The position numbers were made by a program, and so were the translations under genes. A stretch of DNA of 64,000 nt from Lama guanicoe (Eukaryota), in NCBI GenBank assembly GCA_013239625.1, contig MU054187.1, positions 13,300,974 through 13,364,973 of the forward strand. The letters run 5' to 3'. The notes under the pieces are model-generated. The model was not told the DNA's origin. It did no database searches and was given only the letters and a program-made list of their open reading frames with translations. Shown here in pieces: positions 1-10,830 of the stretch; within the stretch, counting starts at the first letter, position 1; each line of letters begins with the position of its first letter.

Positions 1-288
1 TTTTGTCCTGAGAAATTTGAAGATATCACTGGTTCATGATAGAATATGGAACTGCCTTGTGACCAGCTAGTTCACGTTATTTTTTCATTCAGTGTCAAGA
101 GAGTATGAACTGAGCACCCATCCTTGTGTGTGCGAAGTCAAGTGTGAAGTTCTGTGGAACTCAAGAAATTTAAAACAGGAAACCCTCCCTCATGAGGTCT
201 GCAAACTAACCTTTGGATTCAGTGTATCAGAAACTGGATTTAGCAAACTAGAAAGTATCTATGTTTATTCTGCCCTAATATAATTAAA

Positions 289-380
289 CTCATTTATTTA
301 TTGATTCTTTCAATCAACAAATATTTATTGAAAGAGAAATGAAGCTATATTTTTCTCAAGGAGTTCTGGGTTTAGTAGGA
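289..380 (-). mobile_element. L2 LINE 3' end fragment
   Basis: CATTTATTTATTGATTC...CAACAAATATTTATTGA is the reverse complement of the typical L2 3' terminus. Confidence 0.65.
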
Positions 381-447
381 AAGAAAATCAGTTCACACCA
401 ATATCCAGGATATCAGGCAATCCACTTTCAATGCCCAAGGCAGATAC

Positions 448-900
448 TGTAGGTTGGCTCTCTCTCAACACCACCATTCCCAAACCACTTTTCTTTGTTT
501 TCCTAATCTATCATAAAAACTAGAAAGCCAAATGCTTGATTTTGTAGACTCTCTTGCAGTGAGGGTGGCCTTGTGACACAGTCTTCTCCCAAAGGATGCA
601 GGGCAAAGTCTGCCGAGGGAGACTCAGCAAAAGCTTTTGCTTTCCAGACGAAAACAGACACAATCTTTTGTTATCCTTCCTAAGCTTCCTATCTGAGATG
701 AAAAACGATACGTAGAGAAACAGCAGCCATCTCGCGTCAAGAGGCAAGAAGAATAAGAATAAAAAGTCAACATGACAAGTCTCGTGTAATCTTGGTGTCT
801 AAGGACACCAGTGATCAGTGGTATCAACTCTAGCAAGGGCCCACCTCCAGACCTGGAAAGAAACAAAGTCCCTCCGTTTGCCCTGAGATAAAATAAAACA
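448..900. mobile_element. Old ERVL-type solo LTR (LTR33/LTR16-like)
   Basis: Starts TGT; CCATTCCCAAACC...CTCTTGCAGTGAGGGTGGCCTTGTGACACAGT...AAAGCTTTTGCTTTCC resembles the LTR33/LTR16 core. Confidence 0.6.
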
Positions 901-908
901 TACCTAGG

Positions 909-1090
909 AAACATTTATTGTGTCTTCACTGTGCTCTAGAAACTATGTTAGGTGCCAGGGATATAAACATTAACTGTCTCAACCTTTCAGGAACTCACTG
1001 TTAGTTGGGAAAAGAGGCAAGCTGCCATAGTTTCTATGAGGCAAGCTTGTCACTGCACAATGGAGCCATGAAGGAGGGATTCCAGCCAAA
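909..1090 (-). mobile_element. L2 3' fragment
   Basis: AACATTTATTG...CTATGTTAGGTGCCAGGGATATA...CAGGAACTCAC motif series of L2 (reverse). Confidence 0.55.
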
Positions 1091-2414
1091 GCTGCACAAA
1101 GTGCCATGAGCTGACAGTCATTAAAATGGGGTTTGCATTTTTACTTACTAGTTTTACCTAAGTAAAACATCCTTTATACTTTATTAACTAACAATCAATT
1201 TCTTCTCATATTACCTTTTACTATATAAATAAAATAAAAGTTTTGAATTAACTCTTCTAAGAACAGAGTATTTGTGCCGTAGATGTGCCATTAAAAATTG
1301 TCTTGGAAGCACAGAGCTGATTTTTTGGCATAATGCTGTGCATAGCACAGGTCAGTCTTGGAGTCAGCAGGAATTTATTTTTAGAAGCAGAAAAACAGCT
1401 CTTATATAAGGTGGTCTTATAAACCATCTGGCCCTCGAGCCCACAGCATGGCTCCTAAGGATATTACTGAAATAAAATTCTGGATTAAAAAAATATTTTT
1501 TAAATGATTTAGAAAAGAAAAATATAGTTGCATATTTTTAGGAAAGATAAAATTCATGTATTAAAATTAAAAAGTTGTTTTATTTTATACTCTACTGAAA
1601 AGATGAGGAAAACTTAGAAGAAAATTAATTCCTCCTGTAATTTTAGCCATTGAGCCCCCACAACCCCCAATTATTCCTAAGGTGGTTTCTATACACAGTA
1701 CATCCTCATTTTTAGATCCTGGGAAGGACAAGGCTCTTTGCTTCAAGTCTTTTGACTTCCACCCCCTCCCCCCATCCCTCCACCAACCCCCGGTGACTTT
1801 TCATTCAACACCTCTGGGAGCAAATGAGTTTCTTTTGTCTAAAATTGTCTAGACAGATACAAGGGGACAGGGAGATCACCAGACTGCTTTTTTTTTTTTT
1901 TGCTTGGTAATTGAGGCTGTATTAACTTACTCCATCCCAGTTCATACAAAAGACTTTGAAAACTGCTAATGTAAATCCACGTATTTAGATAAAACTATAG
2001 TGCTTACTTGTCCCTTATCTGGTGGTGCCTGAACATTATGAATATCCTTTTAGCAGGAATAATCTCCTATTTGGCTCATGATGAAAAATCTTCGTGCTTA
2101 AATCTCTTTGCTCACAAAGCCCTAAAGTACAAGAACTCTTCTGCTCTTGGGGGTCTACTTGAGAGCAGAAAGCCTGATTATTACACTCCTGTGTTTTAGC
2201 TGAAATGTAGGCTTTGTTTTCACGTTCCGGGAGCTTTTTCAGCTTCAGCAAGATTTTAATAGTAATTTTTATTCACAAAGAGAGTGACAAGAATTCCTCT
2301 CCACTCATTAGCGGACAAACAGATGACCTTGAAAACTGGCAATCTGCATCCACTCCTAAGGATGGCAGCTGGATAATAAAGAAATGTTCCAGGGCTCTGA
2401 AGTGACTGCTTTCT

Positions 2415-2590
2415 GCATATGTACTTACACACATGTGCACACAGGTATGTGTGTGAGATGCTATGTATATTAGTGTATGTGTATCAGTGTGTATTGACAT
2501 GTTAGTGCATGTGCCAGTGTGTATGGTGGTGTGTGTGTGCACCTATCGGTGTGTGTTGGTATATGTGTTGTGTATGTTGGGGTATGTGTT
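2415..2590. repeat. Degenerate (TG/TA)n alternating purine-pyrimidine low-complexity tract
   Basis: Directly visible GTGTATGTGT-type repetition over about 175 bp. Confidence 0.85.
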
Positions 2591-3312
2591 ACAAACACAG
2601 GGGCAAGGATAAACCCCCAAGTAGGAATAGGAAATTTGATGAGCATATTAAACAAGGAAGTCTGGGTTCTGGGTTTTTTACTTCCATGAAAACGCTAGCT
2701 GGACCTATTCCATAAAGCTCTGGGGCAAAGAAGACGTTGGGAAGAGAGGAATCAATTGAGAAGGAGGAAAAGCAAGAGTGAGGAGAGAGTGAGTGAGCTA
2801 AATAGGGAGGGAGAGAAAGTACTCGGAGGAGGCTGGAAAGGCAGCAACACTCCCTGAGCCCAGGGATGCCCCTGGCTTCCCCACGGAACGTTGAGAGTAG
2901 AATGTGCAGGAAAAATGATTGAAAGGTCAAGTTCAACCACATGGGCTGAAATCCATCTCACCTCCGTTCTGCTTTGCTCTCTTTCTGAGGAACATTAATG
3001 ATCAGCCTGATGAAGGCGAGCGCTGGGCCAGGACACCTGAAAGCTTCTGAGATGCGGGTGACTGCCTGGGGCTGGACCACAGCGTCCTCCTGTGGATGCA
3101 GCACTGGTCCCAGGAAGAAAGGGGGAGTTGCCCCAGGGGGCTGATTCTCTTTGTGTGTGGGGTGGTGGGGGGGAGGACAACCGAGGCAGAGGGAAGCACA
3201 GTTCCCCAGCAGAGTGAGCGCTGTTGGGTAGTCCTACCTATTTTCATCTTGAGATCTTACTAACGGCATTTTATTATGATTACTAGTAAAGATTTAGTCA
3301 TATTATTTATCT

Positions 3313-3337
3313 ACACACACACACACACACACACACA
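3313..3337. repeat. (CA)n microsatellite
   Basis: About 12 perfect AC units. Confidence 0.95.
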
Positions 3338-4444
3338 AAATCCTAGACTCTTGCCCTGCAAAACAAAAACTTTAATTGCATTTAAATATAAGGGAGGTTA
3401 AAAATAAATAAATAAGGGGCATATTGGCAGAGATAAACGTTCATGGCAAATGTGAAAATGGGGTTTGGACCAAGGTCACAGGTAACATAATTAACAACAA
3501 GAAAACCACTGAAGGATTTGTGAGAAATATACCCTAAAAGGCCTCAGAAGGGTGACGGGCTTTCCGTGTCCCCTCATTCCTCGTGCTCAGCCCCCACGTC
3601 AATCATTTCCCTCCCAGCGGTCACTAACCTGGCTATTTGTCTGTTTCCACACTACTGCATCACAAAACATCATGCCCAGTTGCCTGGAAAAGATAATATC
3701 TCACACATATGGGGCCTGCCTTTGATCTCTGTGGTCGAGCTAGGGGTCAGAGGCCTGCCTTCTCCAGGCCCTTACTTCAAATGATTCCTTTCATTTACTG
3801 AGAAACCAAAAGTTAGAAGGGCAAAGGCAGGAAAAATAAAAGCCATGATTTAATAGCAATTTATGTGTTTGGCCTATTTCAGTTTGGGTTTTATTCCCTT
3901 TGGGGCACATCTAACTCGCCCTCCCTCCCCCATCATTTGTTTGTTTTTGCAGCCCTCAGACAAATTGGCCCTCAAAGGGATGCTCTTAGATCCTCTTCCT
4001 TCACTTCTGCTGCTCCATTTTGTCAACATAGCATTCAAGACTTAATTCACTCTCTTGTTGAGAGGAAGGAAATATTGTATATAAGTCACAAGACACAACT
4101 CTGGAGGAGACTCTTGTAAATTCCATGTTTTACATTGTGGACATAAATGGCTTTTTTCAAACTCACATGATTCACTGAGGGAATGTTCTGTTTGTACACA
4201 AATGGGGAAAGGAGACAGAGGATGAAGCAAGTTGGACCCCAAATTGGAGTGGAACTTACCCAGGGAAAAAGATTTTATGATATTTTCTTTCATGAAAAAA
4301 ATAAAAATTATAGTATCAATGGCTGTTTCAGATTTTAAAAGTATGAATTTTCATGTGAGTTATAATCATTTGTTTTGCAACTATTTCACAGGGTCATTAG
4401 CGATCAGCCCAGCGCTATACTTCACTGCATAATAACGTGGAACG

Positions 4445-4572
4445 TTCGCATTTATTAAGGGCATCCCTTGTGTACCAGGCACTGAGCAAGGCGCTCAGTT
4501 ACCTTTACTTCAAGTCATCCTCACAAATAAGCCTGTGAGACAGACTGTATTATTCCACTTTTTAAAATGACA
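4445..4572 (-). mobile_element. MIR SINE fragment
   Basis: CATTTATTAAG...TGTGTACCAGGCACTG...TCCTCACAAATAAGCCTGTGAG...TATTATTCCACTTTT. Confidence 0.7.
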
Positions 4573-4824
4573 AGCAGTTTGTTGGTGAGTTGCAAAGAAA
4601 AATGCAAACCACTCTGATTCTTCTTGAATTGACAGCTCCCCTGGTGAGACTGACTGGAATGGATGTGCTTTACTGAAAAAAAAAAACTCTACTGTGCTCC
4701 TAGAAAGGGAAGACTGGAGAGCTCCACTCAGTACTGCCACACAGGTGTCCTGGGGGCTCAGCGCTCTCCCTGCTGTGCGTACGGGCAGCCTCCAGAGTCA
4801 GAGAGCAGTGGAATCCCAAAGCCA

Positions 4825-4962
4825 ATGTTAGCCATGTGCCGTGGGCAAGTTATGGAACCCCCTAGACCTCAGCTTCTCTATAATGTGGGTTGAAAGAGAG
4901 TACCTACTGCATGGGGCTGTCATGAGGATTAAATGGGATGACATGCGAAATCTTAGTTTTGT
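4825..4962 (+). mobile_element. MIR SINE fragment
   Basis: TGGGCAAGTTA...CCTCAGCTTCTC...TACCTAC...GGGCTGTCATGAGGATTAAATG core. Confidence 0.7.
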
Positions 4963-5186
4963 GCTTTCTGTATTCCATTGTATGTGTGCACACGTGTGTC
5001 CCATAGATCTAGGCCCTGACGTGTACATATATATGGGGGGCACAGGAGAAACTTGGAGACTGAACTGACTATTGTGCCTGACAATGGATAGCAGTGTTGA
5101 GTGGAAGCTGGGACTTGTGGAGACATAGCAGCCGTGCGATAAAACAGTCAAGACTTCTGCAGCTGAAAAAGGGGTAGCAGCAAAAA

Positions 5187-5885
5187 ATTTCTCAAAAAGT
5201 TAGAAGTAAAACTACCATACAATCCAACAATTCCACTCCTGAGTATTTATCCAAAAAAAAATAACAAATTAGAAAAAGATATGTGTACCCCTACATCCAT
5301 TGCATCATTATTTACAATTGCCAAGATATGGAAGCAACAGATGAATGGATAAAGAAGATATGGTGTGTATATATGCAGTGGAATATTATTTGGCCATTAA
5401 AATTGATAAAATTGTATCCTTTGTGACATTCTGGATGGACCTGGAGAGTATTATGCTAAGTGAAATAAGTCAGACAAAGACAAATACTATATGATTTCAC
5501 TTACATGTGAAGTCTAAAGGACAAATGAACAAATAAAACAGAAACAGAGTTATAGATACAGAGAACAAACAGGTGATTTCCAGAGCAGGGGTCGAGGGCA
5601 GTAAGGAAAGAAATAGGTGAGAGATTAAGAGGTACAAACTTTCAGATGCAAAATGAATGAGTCACCATATGAAATGTATAGTGTAGGAAGGATCGTCGAT
5701 AACTAAGTAATGTCTTTGTGGTGACATATCGTAACTAGACTTATGTGAAGATTATTTTGAAATGTATAGAAAAAAGTCATCTGTGTAACAGGGACTAATG
5801 TAATATTGTAGGCCACTTATACTTCAAAAACAAACTCAGAAAAAGAGATCATATTTGTAGGGGTGAAGGGAGGGGGAACCAGATA
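5187..5885 (+). mobile_element. L1 3' end (ORF2 C-terminus plus 3'UTR, L1MA-like)
   Basis: CTACCATACAATCCAACAATTCCACTCCTGAGTATTTATCC, GATGAATGGATAAAGAAGATATGG, GGATGGACCTGGAGAGTATTATGCTAAGTGAAATAAGTCAGAC. Confidence 0.9.
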
Positions 5886-6160
5886 AAAAAGGTATGGAGA
5901 GGGTAGTCAGATTTCTCAACGTTACAGCGTGGTTAGCTTATGGAGACTTGGCAAAGAAGACAGGAGCGAGACCTCTCTGCACATACTGTTGCCTGACTAT
6001 TAAAAAAACAAACATGAGTTCAGTTGATTTGGTCTAAGCAGCTTTCTGTGCACAGCAGGAGGGCAAAGGAACTGTCCCAGGGTTGCTACGTGGGGCTTGC
6101 GCAGTCTGTTGAGGACAAAGGCATGCTACCGCAGGCCTGCTCCATTTCCTGTCAGTGAAA

Positions 6161-6362
6161 GGGCAGTGGTGTGGCAGTTAAAAGCCTAGACTTTGGAGCC
6201 AGGCAGCCTCTGTTCAAATACCAGCTCTGCTGATTATTAGTTGTTGGACCTTGAGCGAGGTCAGCACCTCCACCTCCCCACGGGTGCGGCACATACTGGT
6301 GTGGGGGCTACATGAGTTCACGCATGGGAAGCACTTAACAGCGCTGCCTGGCACAGTGTCAA
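6161..6362 (+). mobile_element. MIR SINE
   Basis: tRNA-like head AGACTTTGGAGCCAGGCAGCC...TTCAAATACCAGCTCTGC and tail GCACTTAACAGCGCTGCCTGGCACAG. Confidence 0.8.
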
Positions 6363-7179
6363 GGTTCAAAGGATGCTCACTATATAGGAACCAGGTTCAG
6401 GCTGGGTGGATTCATGTCCGTGCCAGGGGCTGCCTGGAATATTTTTCAAAGCTTTCTCTCATGGCTCTCAGAATCTACTGGAAACTTTATTAAGGAGGAA
6501 CGATGCAAAATTGAGAGGGGATGACATGAGCTTTCAAGAGGCTTCCAGTGTCTGATCCATTCGTTGCTGGGTTATGAGAGCGTACACCAGGCCTTGCACC
6601 AGCCAGGGTACCATTTGCTTCCTTTGCTCCTGAGTGAAAACATTGATGACCCAAGAATAGCCTAATGGCTGAGAAGACAAGACTCCAGTGCTTCTGTCTG
6701 ACTGAGAGAGCAGAAGACTACAAACATTTAAGAAACAAGAGTTGGATGGGAGCTAATGTCTATTTTTACCGGATGGTTCCATGAAAGTATGAAATTTAGG
6801 ATTCTGAAGGATGGATTGGAACTCGAAATTAATCCAATTGAGAACCAGTGGTTGCTACAATCACAAGATGAGCCCAGGAAACAAAGAAGATGGCTTAGTT
6901 ATGTCAGGCTAGCATTGTATATGCTTGTCGTGTTCATCCAGCATTAGCTACACTCGCTTGACAGATTTGTGATAGGGAAGCCTTCATGATAATCGATTTT
7001 TAAAGAGTAGGTTCTCCCTTCACCCCAAAATGGGTGACTCCCTTATTTGGGAAGGCTCCTTGCTGACACCTAAGAGAAAGGGACAATCACACAATTAACG
7101 TCAGTTTCTCCTAGAGTTAGAGGGAAAAAGAAACTGCAGTGGAGATGTATATATTTGGCAAAACAGTTTTTTACTGGCA

Positions 7180-8620
7180 TCCGAGAAGCAGGGTCTCGGG
7201 CAGGAGACACAGGGGGAGATGCCCCTCTCCGGGTCCCTGTTACAGCAGCTGAATTCTACCTCTCAGGTGCGCACTCCACAGCAGGAAACGCTGCAGAAGG
7301 GGATCAGCATCTGTGGCGGTCTAAGCTCGGGGTGACCTCGGAACACAGGACGCTAAGCTTGTCTAGGGAGGGGTTCTTACTTTCCACTCGTTTGAACTGA
7401 ACCCCATGCTGCTTTCCTACACTTTTCACTTCCCACTGCGCCATCTTTCTCTATTGTTTTTAAAGAAACTCTCTTGGGGTCTCCAGCCGAACCTGGTCCT
7501 GATCGTCTCACACTCACTCATCTCCAGACATTAACAGTCAGAGGTCCTGAAGACGTGGATCTCCTACCCGCCTGCTAGCGGTTAAAACAATTACATGGTC
7601 AGGAGCTCGCAAACAAAGCGGTTCGTAGTGGACCCAGCTTCTGTTTCCTCCTTGTCCCTCATGTAGGAGGATGAATTATGTCCTTGTCCACCCAGGACTT
7701 GTGTCTCTGGGACAATGGCACACACACAAAGAAGAGTGGGTCTTTTTTTTTTTTTTTACTGCTCCCAGTAAAAAAAATCTGGACACCTGTCTCCCAATCC
7801 AAGAACATCACCTCACAGTAAGCAATTGCTCCCTGTTTGATATTACAATTTACTTTTAAAATCCTCTTTTTTTTTCCCCATCATGTATCAATCAATTTTT
7901 GCTCATTAATCCGATACTTAGCACATACTCGTGAACTAGCTTACCGTCCCCGGGGTCGCAGCGCAGTGGTGAGCAGAGAAAGCCCTTGATCCCTGGAACT
8001 GGTGCTCTCAGGTCTGTGTAGGCTGACTGTGTCTAGAGCTTGGCAGGTTAGATAGAAAGTTACATTCGAGGGTAAACAGGATGTTTTTCAGTCTCCTTTT
8101 TGGTAAGTGTGAGTTTTAATACCAAGAGTCATTTGTGATAGTTTGTGAAGAATTCTGGTCCTCCCGGAAGGCACTGTCTCTGCTGGGGCTGCCTGGCTTT
8201 TTCTGAGTTATCCTGCCTCCTGTTTCTCAGAAATCCTCAGCATGTCCCATGGCACTCCAGGTAGTGTGGCCCCTTTAAACTCACTTTAAATTAAAAAAAG
8301 AACAATAAAAGTCATGCTGGAATAAATCTTTAAAACATACACAGCAGAGTAGCAACATTAAATTCAGAAAACAGGAAAAAGTAAGATTCTGCCTGAGGAA
8401 AGGGGTGAGGGGCGTTAAGCCCCTTTGCACCAAGGGATTGTGGGAGCTGCCTTTTCAGTGTAGCTTCCGTTAGGAAGCTGAGCTTTTCACTGCCCTTCCC
8501 CAACCCAGGCCCGCGTGGCTCGGGACAGAGGCTTCTGGAAGAAAAAGCTGTGGACCCAAGAAAATAGAGCACAGGACATTTTGGAGCTTGGGGTAGGGCA
8601 ACCCTTTTCAAATACAGCTG
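7180..8620. promoter_or_regulatory. Candidate promoter/enhancer with alternative first exons
   Basis: Local CpG excess, three near-consensus splice donors (two on -, one on +), YY1, Ets-IRF, FOX and STAT motif matches; no recognisable repeat. Confidence 0.35.
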
Positions 8621-8738
8621 ATAAATTCGTTCCAGTTAACAAACACGTGAAAAGCATCTTCTCTGTGATGGGCTTTGCGCCAGGTGCTGTGTGAGGAGTG
8701 GATTGGGGGGTGAGGGTGTAAGTAGGGACACAACTGAT

Positions 8739-9078
8739 TTTTTTTTTTGCTGTGAATAATTATTTTTAATTGAAGTATAGTTGACTTACAATATTGTATT
8801 AGTTTCAGGTGTACAATAGTGATTTGATATTTTATAGACGCTATTACACATAAAGTTATAAAATACTGGCTTTATTCCCTGTGCTGTACATCAAATCCTT
8901 CTGTCTTATTCGTCTTATTCCTGGTAGCTTGTACCTCTTCATCCCCTTCCCTTCTGTTGCTTCTGTCTTCACTGGCAGCCACTAGTCTATTCTCTGTGAG
9001 TCTGTTTCTGTTTTGTTCTATTTGTTTGTTCCATTATTTTAGATTCCACATATAAGTGAAATCATACAATTGGCATTT
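8739..9078 (-). mobile_element. L1 3'UTR fragment
   Basis: T-rich tail then TTGAAGTATAGTTGACTTACAATATTGTATTAGTTTCAGGTGTACA...TTTTAGATTCCACATATAAGTGA. Confidence 0.9.
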
Positions 9079-9410
9079 AAGTGTGAACTTGGTATAGTTG
9101 CAGATATAAAACTGAGAATTATCAGTCAATAGTGACAAGGCTCTTGATACAAGAAAACAAGAAACCCAACGTGTCCCAGAGTGACCACAAGTAAGAGAAA
9201 ACAGGTATGGAGGGGAGGGTGTCATGAACCCTGGTGTTAATTAGAATAGACAATTGCTGCCAAAGAGATTCAACCAATTCCTATTGACAAAGAATAGAAA
9301 TCAATATGAAAATACTATCACATAAAGTTTGTTGTATATGGTTATGTTTAAATTAAATGTATAGTGAGCTGTGTTTGTTCAGGCAACAGATATGTATTGA
9401 GCATTTATAC

Positions 9411-9580
9411 AAGTGGTTCCCACCCTGGCCAATGTTAGAATCACTTGGGAAGAATTTTATACTCAGAGCCCCCACCCCAGACCAAATCAAAAGCTTGGTG
9501 GTGGGGTGCATACACTGGTATTGCTTTAAAACTCACTCAGTGAGTGACTTGGATGTACAGCCAAGAGTTGAGAACCATTG
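9411..9580. mobile_element. MER5A hAT-Charlie MITE (copy 1)
   Basis: Termini AAGTGGTTCCCA...GTTGAGAACCATTG; internal TTAGAATCACTTGGGA. Confidence 0.8.
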
Positions 9581-9588
9581 GCCTAACG

Positions 9589-9764
9589 TGGTGGTTCTCA
9601 AACCTAGTGGTACATTAGAATCACCTGGGGAGCTTTTAGAACGTACTGACCTTAGTTCCCGAGACCGACCAATGAAGTCTGACTCTAGGCGGGTGAGGCC
9701 TAGACATCAGGACTTAAAGTCTCCCCAGGTGATTCTAATGTTCAGCCACGGTTGTGAGCCAAGC
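9589..9764. mobile_element. MER5A hAT-Charlie MITE (copy 2)
   Basis: GTGGTTCTCAAAC...CATTAGAATCACCTGGGGAGCTTT...CCCCAGGTGATTCTAATGTTCAGCCA. Confidence 0.85.
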
Positions 9765-10367
9765 AACCCCAGACACCCTGGTTAGGTGCTTGTCAGCAGA
9801 GAACAAAGCTAGTGAACAAATACATCAACCCTGTTCTCATAGAACTTAAGATTTAAAAAGAAAAAGGCAAACAACATGGTACAAACAAATTATGATAAGC
9901 TGAAATGAATATGATAAAAACTAAAAGGTGGCAACAATTGAAAGTTATGGTGGAGTGTGAACAAATTTAGGCAGAATGGTCAGAGGGGTGACATTTAACC
10001 TGGAAATTAAAGACAAAGAGCTAGTCTTTGGAATAGGAAGGAGGGGAGGAGAAGGAACAGGGTATAGATGTTTCCAGGTAATCCGAACAGCACATGCTAA
10101 GGCCCTGGGGTGAGACAGAACTAGACATGATCAAGGACAGCAGGGAATAAAGATGAACACGTGATATGAGGTGACCTAGAGAAACTAGGCAGGGGCCTCA
10201 TCGTGCTATGTTAGAGAACTTGTATTTCATTTTAAGCTTAATGAGACTCTATCAAAGGTTTTTAAGCAGGGATGTGAGATGCTTCCATAAGTTTTTTTAA
10301 AAAGATCAGGCAAGAGATGAGAGAGGCCTGGATGAGGGTGATGCAGTGGAGATGTAGAAAGATAACT

Positions 10368-10830
10368 TTTATCAGCTAGGAATCGTATGTGATTGTAACA
10401 GAGACCCAGGATAGTAGTCATTTAATAGAGATTCAATTTTCTCTTACATAATGAGCATTCCAGGGCTGAAATGTGGCTCCTTCCGCTCTCACCACCATCT
10501 TCCCTAGAGTGTGCCTCCACCCTCAGAATAATCTTATGATTGCAACACCACTGATGCAGCCCTCGCCAGCCTGTCTTCACTCCAGGCAGGAAAAGAGGGA
10601 CAGAGCAAATAGTCCCCCACAACATGTACCCCTCTTTAAAGCTCTTTACTGGAAGCCCCACCCATTTCTTCCACCTGCATCCTATTTGCCAGGACTCTGG
10701 CTAGCCCCATGTGCCAGAGAGGCTGGAGAATGAAGCTTTGCAACTAAGCACGTTGCGACCTCCAACAAAAATTAGAATTTTGCTGGAAGGAAGAAGGGAA
10801 AAATTGACGTTCGGTAGGCATTACTGGGTT
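10368..10830 (-). mobile_element. MaLR solo LTR (MLT1J-like)
   Basis: TCAGCTAGGAAT...GTAACAGAGACCC...TCCAGGCAGGAA...GAGGCTGGAGAATG...GGAAGAAGGG pattern. Confidence 0.7.

Noticed and set aside
6970..7512. Solo LTR call for the CpG-rich segment
   Set aside because: Possible TG...CA ends, but no convincing TSD and no family recognised; kept only as an alternative to the promoter hypothesis.
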